A DNA stretch of 64,000 nt from Rhodothermales bacterium. Its GTDB lineage: Bacteria > Bacteroidota > Rhodothermia > Rhodothermales > VXPQ01. This document shows positions 54,728 through 64,000 of this stretch, piece by piece (position 1 is the stretch's first letter; each line of letters opens with the position of its first letter). The translations under genes were made by a program, and so were the position numbers. The notes beneath the pieces are model-generated. The model worked only from the letters and a program-made list of their open reading frames with translations, had not been told where the DNA came from and searched no databases. The DNA lies in assembly GCA_040904565.1 (NCBI GenBank), contig JBBDTI010000054.1, positions 32,001-96,000 on the forward strand, in the 5' to 3' direction.

Positions 54728-55780
54728 CTAGTCCGGAGTGACGCGGCGGCCGAGCCGCGCGGCGTCATAGGCGGCAAGGGCGGCGCCGAAGGCGCGTCGT
54801 GCGTCGTGGACCAACGCAATGGGGGTGTCTCCCGTTTCGAGGCATTCGATGAGATGAGCGAGTGGTGTAGGCGATGCAGGTCCGAACGGCACGCCGGCCT
54901 TCCGCTCGTACACCCACTGATCCGCCCCGGATGCGAGCACGGCGAGGCCGGGATCCCTGAACCACTGATCGATAATCTCGCCCTCCGTACCGATGAGCTC
55001 GGTTCGAACGACGCTGTTCTGCTTCGGAGAGGGCCCCGTTTTCGCGGGGGCGTTGATCGTCCACGCTCCTTCGAGCGTCGCGGTCACGCCGTTGTCGAAT
55101 CTAAACGTGGCCATTCCCCAGTCCTCGACCGACAGGTCGGCGTGGACGAGGTTATCGATGCGCGCATCCACCTCGACGATCTTCGACCCCGTGATCCAGT
55201 GAAACAGGTCGATGGCATAGATGCCCTCGTCGATCAACGCTCCGCCCGGAACGTGCGCCGGATCGGCAAACCATCCCGGCCGACCGGACCGATACCAGTC
55301 TTCCGCGATAGACCATCGTGCGGTCTGGTGGATCACCTTCAGATCACCGATCGTGCCGGCGTCGATCCGGTCTCGCAGGGCAGATGCTTGCAGTCGCATG
55401 ATCGCTTCGAATGGAATGCACGTCACGCCGGAGGCCTCGACGGCGTCGACGATGCGATCCGCCTCGTCGAGGGTCATCGCCATGGGCTTACCGAGAATGA
55501 TGTGTTTGCCTGCTCGTGCAGCCGCAATCGCGCATTCCGCCATCTGTGAGACCGGCGGGGCGAGGTGGACGATGTCGATGTCGTTGCGCGCCAGGAGCGC
55601 GTCGTACTCCGTATGGGCATCCAGATGAAACGCGTCACAGAACTCGTTCAGCTGGTCCTGCCTGGACCACGCGGCCGCTACGAGGTCGGCTTTTCGATAC
55701 TCGGGCAGCGCTCGAGCCAGCATATAGGCCGAATACCAGTGACCCAGACCGAGAATGCCGATGCGCCAGGATTTATCCAT
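54728..55780 (-). CDS. Gfo/Idh/MocA family oxidoreductase
   Basis: Start MDKSWRIGILGLGH; GKP (variant of EKP), GGALIDEGIY, VED. Confidence 0.88.
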   Translation of the reverse strand: MDKSWRIGILGLGHWYSAYMLARALPEYRKADLVAAAWSRQDQLNEFCDAFHLDAHTEYDALLARNDIDIVHLAPPVSQMAECAIAAARAGKHIILGKPMAMTLDEADRIVDAVEASGVTCIPFEAIMRLQASALRDRIDAGTIGDLKVIHQTARWSIAEDWYRSGRPGWFADPAHVPGGALIDEGIYAIDLFHWITGSKIVEVDARIDNLVHADLSVEDWGMATFRFDNGVTATLEGAWTINAPAKTGPSPKQNSVVRTELIGTEGEIIDQWFRDPGLAVLASGADQWVYERKAGVPFGPASPTPLAHLIECLETGDTPIALVHDARRAFGAALAAYDAARLGRRVTPD

Positions 55781-55973
55781 TAAATCAGGAAACGTGGGTT
55801 GCGAATAAGTACGGCGGAGTGGATGGGATGCGAATATACGGCGTCGCCGACACGATCGACAGCCTCCGCAACGGAGGAGGCGTTCGTAGCGATCGCCGAA
55901 CTCGAGCCCTCCGCACGTGTGGCGTTCGTACCAGGTAAACCTGGCCGGCGTGGCATAGCTCTTCGGCACGATC

Positions 55974-56354
55974 TTACTGCTCATCACGTCGGCGCCGCTC
56001 GGCAACAAGATTCACGTAGACCGAGGCGGCGAACGCGGCGAGGCCGAGCGCCAGCACGCCGGCGTTTACGAAGGCCGCGTCCCAGCTTATCCCCGTCGCC
56101 AGATCCAGATAATACTTGACGTACGACGCCGGAAGATCCGTCTCCCCCAGGCGTCTTTTTACCTCCCAGTGCCAGTCCGTGCACGGACAATAGCCCCATC
56201 CGTAAAAGACGCCGAGTCCGAACCAGGACAGCAGCGTCAATCCCATCATCGCGAGATGCACGCGGCGGGTTTTCTCCCACATCCATCCCGTCAGGTTGAA
56301 TACCGTCAGTGCCGTGTGCACGACGAGGAAGGCGATGTCGAGAAAGGCATCCAT
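55974..56354 (-). CDS. DUF2784 small membrane protein
   Basis: H...FNL.GW, SWFGLG.FYGWGYCPCTDWHW. Confidence 0.8.
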   Translation of the reverse strand: MDAFLDIAFLVVHTALTVFNLTGWMWEKTRRVHLAMMGLTLLSWFGLGVFYGWGYCPCTDWHWEVKRRLGETDLPASYVKYYLDLATGISWDAAFVNAGVLALGLAAFAASVYVNLVAERRRRDEQ

Positions 56355-56540
56355 GGAGGCTCGTGGAAGGAGGTCAATCGGTGCAGCTACCCGTATGATA
56401 CGTGCGTGGTTATAGTTCGGTCGTGAGGTGTTATGTAGATAAGCGCCTGATGCGTCGCAACGGCGGTCGGAAAGAACCGTCGCACCGCGCCGATCGGTGC
56501 GCTTATCTTCGACGTACCCTCATCCAGACGGCCTTACCCT

Positions 56541-57530
56541 ATGCGCCTCAGATACGACGTCCTCACGTTCATCTGCCTGCTGTCCTGGATCGCCGCCGGC
56601 GGTGCGGGAGCACAGAGTCAGGTGACCCTCAATCCGTCGATGGACAACACCCTCTATCAGGAGTCCGGCAGTAAGAGTAACGGCGCGGGCTCGTATCTGT
56701 TTGTCGGCCGCACGAGGGGAACGGCCGGCACGGAAAGTCGCCGGGCATTGATCGCCTTCGATGTCGCGAGCTCGATTCCGGCCGGTTCGACGGTCGACAA
56801 TGTGGAGCTGGATCTGAAGGTCTCGAAATCCCCCGGTGGATCCACCGTGTTTTCCATTCACCGCCTTACCCGGTCCTGGGGTGAAGGCTCGTCGGACGCC
56901 GGGGCTCCGGGCGGTCAGGGCACACAGGCTGAAAGCGGCGACGCGACGTGGACGCACGCCTTCTTCGATACGGAAAACTGGGCTACGGCGGGTGGCGACT
57001 ACGCCGACGACGCCAGTGCGACGGTTTCGGTCGGCGGGGATGAATGGTACGCGGCCTCGTCGGACGGACTGGTCGCCGACGTGCAGGCCTGGGTGGATGA
57101 TCCCGAGGCTAATTTTGGATGGATTTTCGTCGGGGACGAGCTCACATCGGGGTCCGCGCGGCGGGTAGACAGCGGAGATAATCCGGACGAATCCGTTCGC
57201 CCGCAGCTGACGGTCTCGTACTCGACCCCTACGGCCGCCGAACAATCCGAACAGCCGGAGCACCCCGGCACGTTCGTGCTCGAGGGCAACTATCCGAATC
57301 CGTTTACGAGCTCGACCGCGATCCGCTACGAACTCGGTACCGCCCAGGAGGTGGGTCTCGAGGTCTACGACGTTACCGGCCGGCCGGTGAAAACGGTACG
57401 TCGAGGGGTCCAGGTGCCTGGACGGCACGAGATGGAGCTTCCGTCGGTCGACCTTGCTGCCGGACTCTACATCTACTGCTTGCGTACGTCGTCGCATCGC
57501 GAGTGCCGGACGTTTACCGTGCTTCGGTGA
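56541..57530 (+). CDS. DNRLRE-domain secreted protein with T9SS C-terminal domain
   Basis: Signal peptide, DNTLY, RRALIAFD, SWGEG, VQAWV..P..NFGW, RPQLTVSY; CTD NYPNPF..VYDVTGR..GLYIY. Confidence 0.8.
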   Translation: MRLRYDVLTFICLLSWIAAGGAGAQSQVTLNPSMDNTLYQESGSKSNGAGSYLFVGRTRGTAGTESRRALIAFDVASSIPAGSTVDNVELDLKVSKSPGGSTVFSIHRLTRSWGEGSSDAGAPGGQGTQAESGDATWTHAFFDTENWATAGGDYADDASATVSVGGDEWYAASSDGLVADVQAWVDDPEANFGWIFVGDELTSGSARRVDSGDNPDESVRPQLTVSYSTPTAAEQSEQPEHPGTFVLEGNYPNPFTSSTAIRYELGTAQEVGLEVYDVTGRPVKTVRRGVQVPGRHEMELPSVDLAAGLYIYCLRTSSHRECRTFTVLR

Positions 57531-57566
57531 CGCTCTGACGGGAGACGATCAGCGGGCAGGGGATCG

Positions 57567-58256
57567 TTATCCGCCGGCCCGCTGAAACAGCGCGACGTCC
57601 GGCGCCGGTAGATGCAGCGTCCAGTCGAATTGCTCCTCGATCCAGTACATTGTCTCCGTACGGTAGAAACAGACGTGCGTCGCGTCGCGGACGTACCACC
57701 ACGTCTCGAAGTCGCGATCCGTCACGAACCGCGTCATCACGCCCAGCCATCCCCCGGGACGCAGCAGGCCGTACAGGCGCTCGAACTCTTCGCGCGGGCG
57801 GAAGAAATGCTCTACGGTTTCGCTGCACGTGATGAAGTCATACGATCGGTCGAAGACCCGCTCGTCCGGAGCGAAGAACGGATCGTAGATCGCCATGGGA
57901 TGGCCGCGCTCTTCCAGCATGACGGAGAGCGTGGGGCCGGGACCCGAGCCGTAGTCGAGTCCGGCTGCACCGGCCGGGAGCAGCTCTAGCAGCGGATCCG
58001 CCAGCCTGGAAAGGAAGGCGCGGTATCCCGCGTCGGCCGGGTCGTTTTCGTGGGTTTCGTAGCGGGCCTTTTCGTCGGACGGCGAGGGTCGGGCCTCCCG
58101 TGCCATGAAGATGAGCCCGCATACACTGCAGGCGTAATACGCGCGACCGTGCGCTCGGGCATGCAGGTGCGTATCCGTCGTGCGGCAGAGCGGGCAGGGG
58201 CGCGGCGCTTCCAGTGAATCTGATTGGAGCATTGGCCGTAAGGCAGGTAGGAGCAT
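57567..58256 (-). CDS. Class I SAM-dependent methyltransferase with N-terminal Zn ribbon (start may be slightly downstream)
   Basis: CPLC...CSVC, LDYGSGPG, YDPFF, ETVEHF, LRPGG, THVCFY. Confidence 0.88.
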   Translation of the reverse strand: MLLPALRPMLQSDSLEAPRPCPLCRTTDTHLHARAHGRAYYACSVCGLIFMAREARPSPSDEKARYETHENDPADAGYRAFLSRLADPLLELLPAGAAGLDYGSGPGPTLSVMLEERGHPMAIYDPFFAPDERVFDRSYDFITCSETVEHFFRPREEFERLYGLLRPGGWLGVMTRFVTDRDFETWWYVRDATHVCFYRTETMYWIEEQFDWTLHLPAPDVALFQRAGG

Positions 58257-58258
58257 GT

Positions 58259-58288
58259 ATTACGCAGTGTAAGATTACGTAGTGTAAG
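58259..58288. promoter_or_regulatory. Tandem 15-bp repeat, each copy containing TTAC-N5-GTAA, between divergent genes
   Basis: attacgcagtgtaag followed by attacgtagtgtaag. Confidence 0.55.
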
Positions 58289-58304
58289 ATGAGGCGTACC
58301 TGCC

Positions 58305-59042
58305 ATGCGACGTTTTTCGATGATCGTTCTCCTGTGGCTTGCGTTCCTTTTGAGTACCGTGACGATCGGGTGCGACGACGACGCCCTGGGAGGTGAGGAA
58401 TCGATCGAACGGACGTTTACGTTCGATGAATCGGCCGAAGGTTGGACCGGGGATATCGTCGACTATCCCACGTACCGAACGCCGGAGGAGCTGGAATTCG
58501 TCTTCGAGCGACGCAGTCTACCGCCCGAACTGGATGCCGAAGGCATGGGCCTGTATTTTGCTGGACGGAACACGCCGGACGACCTTTTCATGTACGCGAA
58601 GCGAAAACTGTCCGGATTGCAACCCCGCGCGACCTACCGGATAGATTTTCGCCTCGACATAGCATCCAACTCGCCGAGCGGCTGTGTGGGCATAGGCGGC
58701 CCTCCGGGTGAGGCCGTTCGGGTGCTCGTGGGCGCCGCGGACGTCGAGCCGACGGCCGTAGTCGAGGACGACTGGTACCGCCTGAACGTGAACAAGGACC
58801 CGAACGAGCGAGTGCCGGGCAAGCGCGGTGCGGTGGCCGAGGTCGGCAACGTTGCCAATGGGGTCGAACAGTGCACCGGGGACGTGCCGTATCGCACGAT
58901 CACGCGCACCAACACGGGAGCACCCGTCGAGGTGACGGCCGACGAAAACGGCTTCGCCTGGGTTTTCGTCGGCACGGATTCCGGATTCGAAGGGAAGACC
59001 ACGCTATTTTACGACACGATCCAGCTCACCATTACCGGATGA
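58305..59042 (+). CDS. Hypothetical lipoprotein
   Basis: Lipobox TIGC followed by DDD; beta-rich body with C.GIGG.PGE and GTDSGFEG. Confidence 0.75.
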   Translation: MRRFSMIVLLWLAFLLSTVTIGCDDDALGGEESIERTFTFDESAEGWTGDIVDYPTYRTPEELEFVFERRSLPPELDAEGMGLYFAGRNTPDDLFMYAKRKLSGLQPRATYRIDFRLDIASNSPSGCVGIGGPPGEAVRVLVGAADVEPTAVVEDDWYRLNVNKDPNERVPGKRGAVAEVGNVANGVEQCTGDVPYRTITRTNTGAPVEVTADENGFAWVFVGTDSGFEGKTTLFYDTIQLTITG

Positions 59043-59068
59043 GCCACCCATCCACAGTCAGATCAACC

Positions 59069-60484
59069 ATGCGTTCTTTTTGCCGCCTGACCTCATCGCT
59101 CGCCGCCTGTGTCATCGCAGCTTTCCTCGCCGTCGGATCGTCCGCCGCCCAGCCGGCGGATGCCCCCAACATCCTGGTCCTGATAGCCGACGACGCGGGG
59201 TGGAACGATTTCGGCGCGTACGGCCATCCGTCCATCCGTACGCCCAACATCGACCGGCTCGCCGCCTCCGGACTCAAAGTGGAGCATGCGTTCCTGACCG
59301 TGGCCCAATGCAGTCCGTCGCGCATCTCCATCCTTACAGGCCGGTATCCGCACCAGACGGGCGCCGAAGACCTGCACATGCCGCTGCCGGACAGCCTCCG
59401 GATCGTGCCGGGTTACCTTGACGAAACCGGGTACTTTACGGGGCACTTGCGCAAGACGCACTACGGTCCGAACGGCAACGCGCAGTTCGACTGGTATTCG
59501 GAGGCGGCGGACGACGACTTTACGGACTTCGAGGGATTTCTGGATGAAGCCGGCGGCGCGCCCTTTTTCATGTGGGTCGGCTTCACGGATCCCCATCGTG
59601 GGTACGGCGACGCGCCGCCGGTGCATCAACCGTCGGACGTGCGCGTGCCGCCGTACCTGGTCGACGACGTACCGACGCGGCGTGATCTGGCTCGATACTA
59701 CGACGAGATCGGGCGCATGGATGGGCAGATCGGTTATTTTCTGGATGTCCTCGAAGCGCGCGGATTGCGCGAGAATACGCTCGTGGTATTTCTGTCCGAT
59801 AACGGGCGCCCCTTTCCGCGCGATAAAGGCACGGTCTATGACGGGGGCATCCGGACGCCGCTGATCTTTTCCTGGCCGGATGTAATTCCTGCGGGATCGT
59901 CCTACGACGCCGGTATGGTGAGCGTCATCGACCTGGCTCCGACGTGGCTCGACGTGGCCGGAATCGACACGCCCGGCCAGATGCTGGGCGAGAGCCTGCG
60001 ACCGATGTTTGCCGACCAGAGTGTGCCTGGACGAGCCCACGTCTTCGCGGAGCGCAACTGGCACGATACGGACGAGCATATCCGTGCGGTGCGGACCGAT
60101 CGCTACAAGCTCGTGCGGAATGCGTACGTACAGCTGCCTCATGGTACGCCTGCCGACCTGGGAGGCAGCCCCTCCTTCCGCAGTCTCATCCGCAAGAAGA
60201 ATCGGGGCGAGCTCACGCCGGCCCAGGCCCGCCTGTTCGAGGCGCCGCGTCCGCGGATCGAGTTCTACGATCTGGAGAAGGATCCCTTCGAACTAGACAA
60301 CGTCGCGGCGCACGCCGACTACTGGCAGACGGCCCGCGAACTGGCGGCCGTTCTCGACGAATGGATCGACGAGACGAACGACTTTCCTCCGCACGTTCGC
60401 GTGCGCGACGACCACACGGACCGCATGACGGGCGTGTGGTTCACCCCGGAGATTCCGCCGCTGCGGAACGCGGAGTGGCCGTAA
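59069..60484 (+). CDS. Cys-type sulfatase (N-sulfoglucosamine sulfohydrolase-like), exported
   Basis: Signal peptide, PNILVLIADD, CSPSR..LTGRY, DPHR, SDNG.PFPR.K. Confidence 0.92.
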   Translation: MRSFCRLTSSLAACVIAAFLAVGSSAAQPADAPNILVLIADDAGWNDFGAYGHPSIRTPNIDRLAASGLKVEHAFLTVAQCSPSRISILTGRYPHQTGAEDLHMPLPDSLRIVPGYLDETGYFTGHLRKTHYGPNGNAQFDWYSEAADDDFTDFEGFLDEAGGAPFFMWVGFTDPHRGYGDAPPVHQPSDVRVPPYLVDDVPTRRDLARYYDEIGRMDGQIGYFLDVLEARGLRENTLVVFLSDNGRPFPRDKGTVYDGGIRTPLIFSWPDVIPAGSSYDAGMVSVIDLAPTWLDVAGIDTPGQMLGESLRPMFADQSVPGRAHVFAERNWHDTDEHIRAVRTDRYKLVRNAYVQLPHGTPADLGGSPSFRSLIRKKNRGELTPAQARLFEAPRPRIEFYDLEKDPFELDNVAAHADYWQTARELAAVLDEWIDETNDFPPHVRVRDDHTDRMTGVWFTPEIPPLRNAEWP

Positions 60485-60553
60485 ACGGTTGTCCGCACTA
60501 CCGGCACGCTCCGCATGTGAGCAACCCTCTCTGAACAAGATGACCACCTCTTG

Positions 60554-63310
60554 ATGCCCAGACCCGTTCGCCTCATCCTCTACATCGTCGTACCGCTCAT
60601 CTTGCTGAGCGCGTCCACGAGTTCGATCATGGAGTGGCTCTGGATGAGCCAGCTGGGGTACGAGGGCGTTTTTTGGACCCTTAAGGTGGCCAAGTTCGCA
60701 CTCAGCCTCGTCGCTTTCGTCGTTGGAAGCATCTTCCTCGTGTGGAATGCGCGCTTGCTGGCCGACCAGTTGCGGTGGGCCAATTTTGCGGGAACGCCGC
60801 TTCAGCAGGCAAATATCGACCTGGGCAATCCCGTGCAGCACCGCCGTGCGAAGCAGATCTTGACGGGTGCCGCACTGCTCGTCGCGCTGTTGTTCGCACT
60901 AGGATTTTATTTGAGCTGGGATGCCTCCCTTCGCTTTCTCTGGAACGAACCCTTCGGACAGGTCGATCCGATTTTCGGCAAGGATATCGGCTACTATATG
61001 TTCAGGCTTCCGTTCTGGGAGCTCGTCCAGACGTCATTTACGGTCCTCGTTTTCCTTGCCATCGTATTTCTCGGAGGCGTTTATGCGGTAACGCGGCTCA
61101 TAGAGTATCGTCCGGGTGAGGGCATCCGCGCACGACCGGCCGTCATCAACCAGCTCAAGATGAATGCGGCGCTGTGGCTCGTGCTGCTCGCGGGTGGACT
61201 TTTCCTCGATCGATACCAGATCCTGTTTTCTCCGCAAGGTATCATCTTCGGTGCGGGCTACGCCGACGTACACGTGGTGCTGCCGGCATTGTACATCATG
61301 CTGGCACTTGTCGTCGTGCTGGCCGGGCTCCTCTTCGTCAGCCGCTGGAAGCGCGTCGGGAAGCTGATTCCGATTACGGCCGTGCTGCTTGGGTTGGCCT
61401 GGGTTCTCGGCCGCGTGCTGCTTCCCGGAGCCGTTCAGCAGTTTCGCGTCGCACCGAACGAACTCGAGCTGGAAAGACCCTATCTCGAGCATAACATCAG
61501 CATGACCCGCCTCGCGTACGACCTGCACAACGTCAGGGAGGTCGATTACGAGGCAGACGACACGCTTACGGTCGACGACATCCAGAATAACCGCGACGCC
61601 ATCGACAACATTCGTCTTTGGGATCCGCGGCTGCTCATCCAGACCTACAAGCAGCTGCAGGAGATTCGCAGCTACTACGAATTTTACAACGTCGACAACG
61701 ATCGTTACGTCTACGACGGGAGCGTCAATCAGGTCATGCTGTCGGCCCGCGAGATCTCTACCGACCTCCCCGGCGACGTCAGCAACTGGGTGAACAGCAA
61801 GCTGCAGTTCACGCACGGTTACGGGATGACCATGAGCCCGGTTACCGAGACCAACCAGCAGGGTGAGCCGTCCCTCATCATCCGAGATCTCCCTCCTACC
61901 TACGACTATCCGGAGCTGGAGGTCGACAATCCGGCCATCTATTACGGCGAGCAGAGCGGAGACTATTACATCGTCAACACGGGGATCTCGGAGCTGGACT
62001 TCCCCAGCGGCGATGAAAACGCATACACGCGGTACGCCGGGCAGGGAGGGATTCCCTTTTCGACCTGGTTTCACAAGCTCCTCTTCGCATGGGAGCTCGG
62101 CGACATCAACATCCTGCTCTCCGATTACATCCAGCCGGAAAGCCGCCTGCAGATCTGGCGCGGAGTGCAGGACCGCATCCGCCGCATCACGCCGTTTTTG
62201 CGCCTCGACAGCGATCCGTACCTCGTTCTGAGCAGCGGGCGCCTGTACTGGATTCAGGACGCCTATACGACCTCGAACAAGTTTCCTTATTCGCAGCCGT
62301 TTCAGGGTTTCAATTACATCCGAAACTCCGTCAAGATCGTCGTCGACGCCTATGAAGGGTCGGTCGATTATTACGTTATCGACGAGGAAGACCCCGTCCT
62401 GCAGGTCTACGAGTCCATCTTCCCGAACCTGTTCAAGTCGCGCAGCGAGCTGCCGGACCAGCTCGAGCGCCAGTTCCGCTATCCGCAGGACCTGTTCGAA
62501 GTACAGCTGCAGCGGTTCAACCGCTACCACATGACGAGCCCGCAGGTCTTCTACAACAACGAGGACCTCTGGACGCGCCCGATGGAGAAGTACGGCGGCC
62601 AGCAGATCCTCATGGAGCCGTACTACGTCCTCGCACGCCTACCCGTTGACGAGCCTAGCGAGCCTACGGTCGTTCCCGCGTCGGTCAACGGTGACCGCGC
62701 GAACCTCGAATTCATGCTTATCAGTCCGCTTACCCCAGAGAATCGCGACAACATGATCGCCTGGATGGCGGCTAAATCGGATCCGGAGGTGTACGGTGAT
62801 CTCGTCGTGTACAAGCTGCCCAAGCAGCGCCTCATTTACGGCCCCGCGCAGATCGAGGCCCGTATCGATCAGGATCCTGAGATCTCCCAGCAGCTGGCGC
62901 TGTGGGACCAGCGGGGGTCGCGCGTGATTCGCGGTAATCTGATGATCATTCCGGTCGAGAGCTCTTTCCTCTATGTGGAGCCCGTCTTTCTGCTCGCCGA
63001 AGGCGTGGATATCCCCCAGCTCCAGCGCGTCATCGTGGCCATCGGAGACGACATCGCGATGGAGCCGACGCTCGACGAGGCGCTGTTTGAACTCTTCGGG
63101 GACGTCGCCGCGCCGCTTGCGCCGGAGCGGGCGCTGCAGCAGGGAATGCCCGTGGCCCCGCCCGATTCGGTCGTTCAGGTGGTCTCTAACGAAGAGCTCG
63201 AGCGCGTCCGAGAACTCTGGAGCGAGCTGCGCCAGGCGTTCGAATCGGGAGACTGGACCCGGTACGGCGAAGTGATGGGTGAGATCGACGGCGAAATCGG
63301 GGAAAATTAG
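60554..63310 (+). CDS. UPF0182 family membrane protein
   Basis: DPIFGKDIGYY.F.LP, NIRLWD, THGYG, NYIRNSVK..VDAY.G, VIRGNL, LYVEP. Confidence 0.93.
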   Translation: MPRPVRLILYIVVPLILLSASTSSIMEWLWMSQLGYEGVFWTLKVAKFALSLVAFVVGSIFLVWNARLLADQLRWANFAGTPLQQANIDLGNPVQHRRAKQILTGAALLVALLFALGFYLSWDASLRFLWNEPFGQVDPIFGKDIGYYMFRLPFWELVQTSFTVLVFLAIVFLGGVYAVTRLIEYRPGEGIRARPAVINQLKMNAALWLVLLAGGLFLDRYQILFSPQGIIFGAGYADVHVVLPALYIMLALVVVLAGLLFVSRWKRVGKLIPITAVLLGLAWVLGRVLLPGAVQQFRVAPNELELERPYLEHNISMTRLAYDLHNVREVDYEADDTLTVDDIQNNRDAIDNIRLWDPRLLIQTYKQLQEIRSYYEFYNVDNDRYVYDGSVNQVMLSAREISTDLPGDVSNWVNSKLQFTHGYGMTMSPVTETNQQGEPSLIIRDLPPTYDYPELEVDNPAIYYGEQSGDYYIVNTGISELDFPSGDENAYTRYAGQGGIPFSTWFHKLLFAWELGDINILLSDYIQPESRLQIWRGVQDRIRRITPFLRLDSDPYLVLSSGRLYWIQDAYTTSNKFPYSQPFQGFNYIRNSVKIVVDAYEGSVDYYVIDEEDPVLQVYESIFPNLFKSRSELPDQLERQFRYPQDLFEVQLQRFNRYHMTSPQVFYNNEDLWTRPMEKYGGQQILMEPYYVLARLPVDEPSEPTVVPASVNGDRANLEFMLISPLTPENRDNMIAWMAAKSDPEVYGDLVVYKLPKQRLIYGPAQIEARIDQDPEISQQLALWDQRGSRVIRGNLMIIPVESSFLYVEPVFLLAEGVDIPQLQRVIVAIGDDIAMEPTLDEALFELFGDVAAPLAPERALQQGMPVAPPDSVVQVVSNEELERVRELWSELRQAFESGDWTRYGEVMGEIDGEIGEN

Positions 63311-63363
63311 GGCCCCGTTTCCGTATTGCCGCCCTTTCTACGCATGAAGCCCACCGTTCGCAC

Positions 63364-64000
63364 GTGTACAAGTACCAGGAATTCGGACGCTATTTCGCGC
63401 AGATAGCGGGAGGGACCGAGGAGTTAGGGGCCGAAGAGCTCGAGGCGCTGGGGGCGATCAACACGGCTACGGCCTACCGCGGGCTCTATTTCGACGCCGA
63501 TCCCGAGGTGCTCTATCGCATCAATTATTGCTCGCGCCTCGTTACGCGCGTCCTGGCGCCGCTCACGTCGTTCGGGTGCCACGACGAGGATTATCTCTAC
63601 CGCACGGCGATGGAGGTAGACTGGAGTGATTTTCTGAACGTGGATCAGACGTTCGCCGTGTTTGCGAACGTGACCCACAGCAAGATCAGCCACTCGAAGT
63701 ACGCCGCCCTGCGCCTGAAGGATGCGATCGTGGATCAGTTCCGGGAACGTACCGGCAAGCGGCCGAGCGTCGACACGCGCGACCCGCACGTGTGGTTCAA
63801 TCTCTACATCGAGAACGACCACGCCACGATCAGTGCGGGTACGTCCGGCGGATCGCTGCATCGCAGGGGATATCGGGAGCGATCCGTCGAGGCGCCGATG
63901 CAGGAGACGGTGGCGGCGGCCATTATCCGCCTGTCGGGATGGGAGGGGGAGCGCCCGCTCCACGATCCGATGTGCGGCTCGGGCACGCTGCTCGCCGAAG
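63364..64000 (+). CDS. THUMP-domain RNA methyltransferase (RlmL-like; 3' end outside window)
   Basis: Not in the ORF track. Manual translation from GTG gives MYKYQEFGRYFAQIAGGTEELGAEEL...KDAIVDQFR...SLHRRGYR..APMQET..DPMCGSGTLLAE. Confidence 0.88.
   Translation, partial: MYKYQEFGRYFAQIAGGTEELGAEELEALGAINTATAYRGLYFDADPEVLYRINYCSRLVTRVLAPLTSFGCHDEDYLYRTAMEVDWSDFLNVDQTFAVFANVTHSKISHSKYAALRLKDAIVDQFRERTGKRPSVDTRDPHVWFNLYIENDHATISAGTSGGSLHRRGYRERSVEAPMQETVAAAIIRLSGWEGERPLHDPMCGSGTLLAE

Noticed and set aside
56447-56482. Hammerhead ribozyme (CTGATG...GAAA)
   Set aside because: The core reads CUGAUGC rather than CUGANGA and the stems do not fit the hammerhead topology.
63344-63363. ATG at 63344 as start of the last gene
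   Set aside because: It is out of frame with the THUMP methyltransferase motifs; GTG at 63364 is in frame.
1-64000. Mobile elements, prophage, defence systems, tRNA or rRNA genes
   Set aside because: No transposase, integrase, phage, nuclease or structural RNA signature was recognised, and composition looks uniform by eye.

Overview
A gene-dense, GC-rich bacterial chromosomal segment. Two proteins carry type IX secretion (T9SS) C-terminal sorting domains, which with the high GC suggests Rhodothermota or a related FCB-group lineage (inference). About 49 protein-coding genes are supported; I found no rRNA, tRNA, CRISPR array or transposase. Most genes serve sugar and acid-sugar catabolism: a tetronate operon (denD-gntP-otnK-otnC-otnI), three Gfo/Idh/MocA oxidoreductases, three xylose-isomerase-like TIM barrels, DUF1080, two DUF5916 outer-membrane proteins, MFS carriers and a tripartite tricarboxylate transporter with a TctC-TctB fusion. 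The best candidate for an undescribed system is at 47185-54665: a HlyD-like adaptor, a VTC-domain polyphosphate polymerase and a DUF4956 membrane protein converge on a T9SS-secreted CotH kinase with lamin-tail domains, suggesting polyphosphate export coupled to extracellular phosphorylation. Also notable: paired heme-less PVC-type dehydrogenases, one with a type-1 copper domain; two genes with apparent internal deletions; a glycoside hydrolase with a probable nucleophile Glu-to-Gly change; a perfect 40-bp palindrome; and a heptamer tandem repeat. All family calls come from motif recognition by eye, not database searches.
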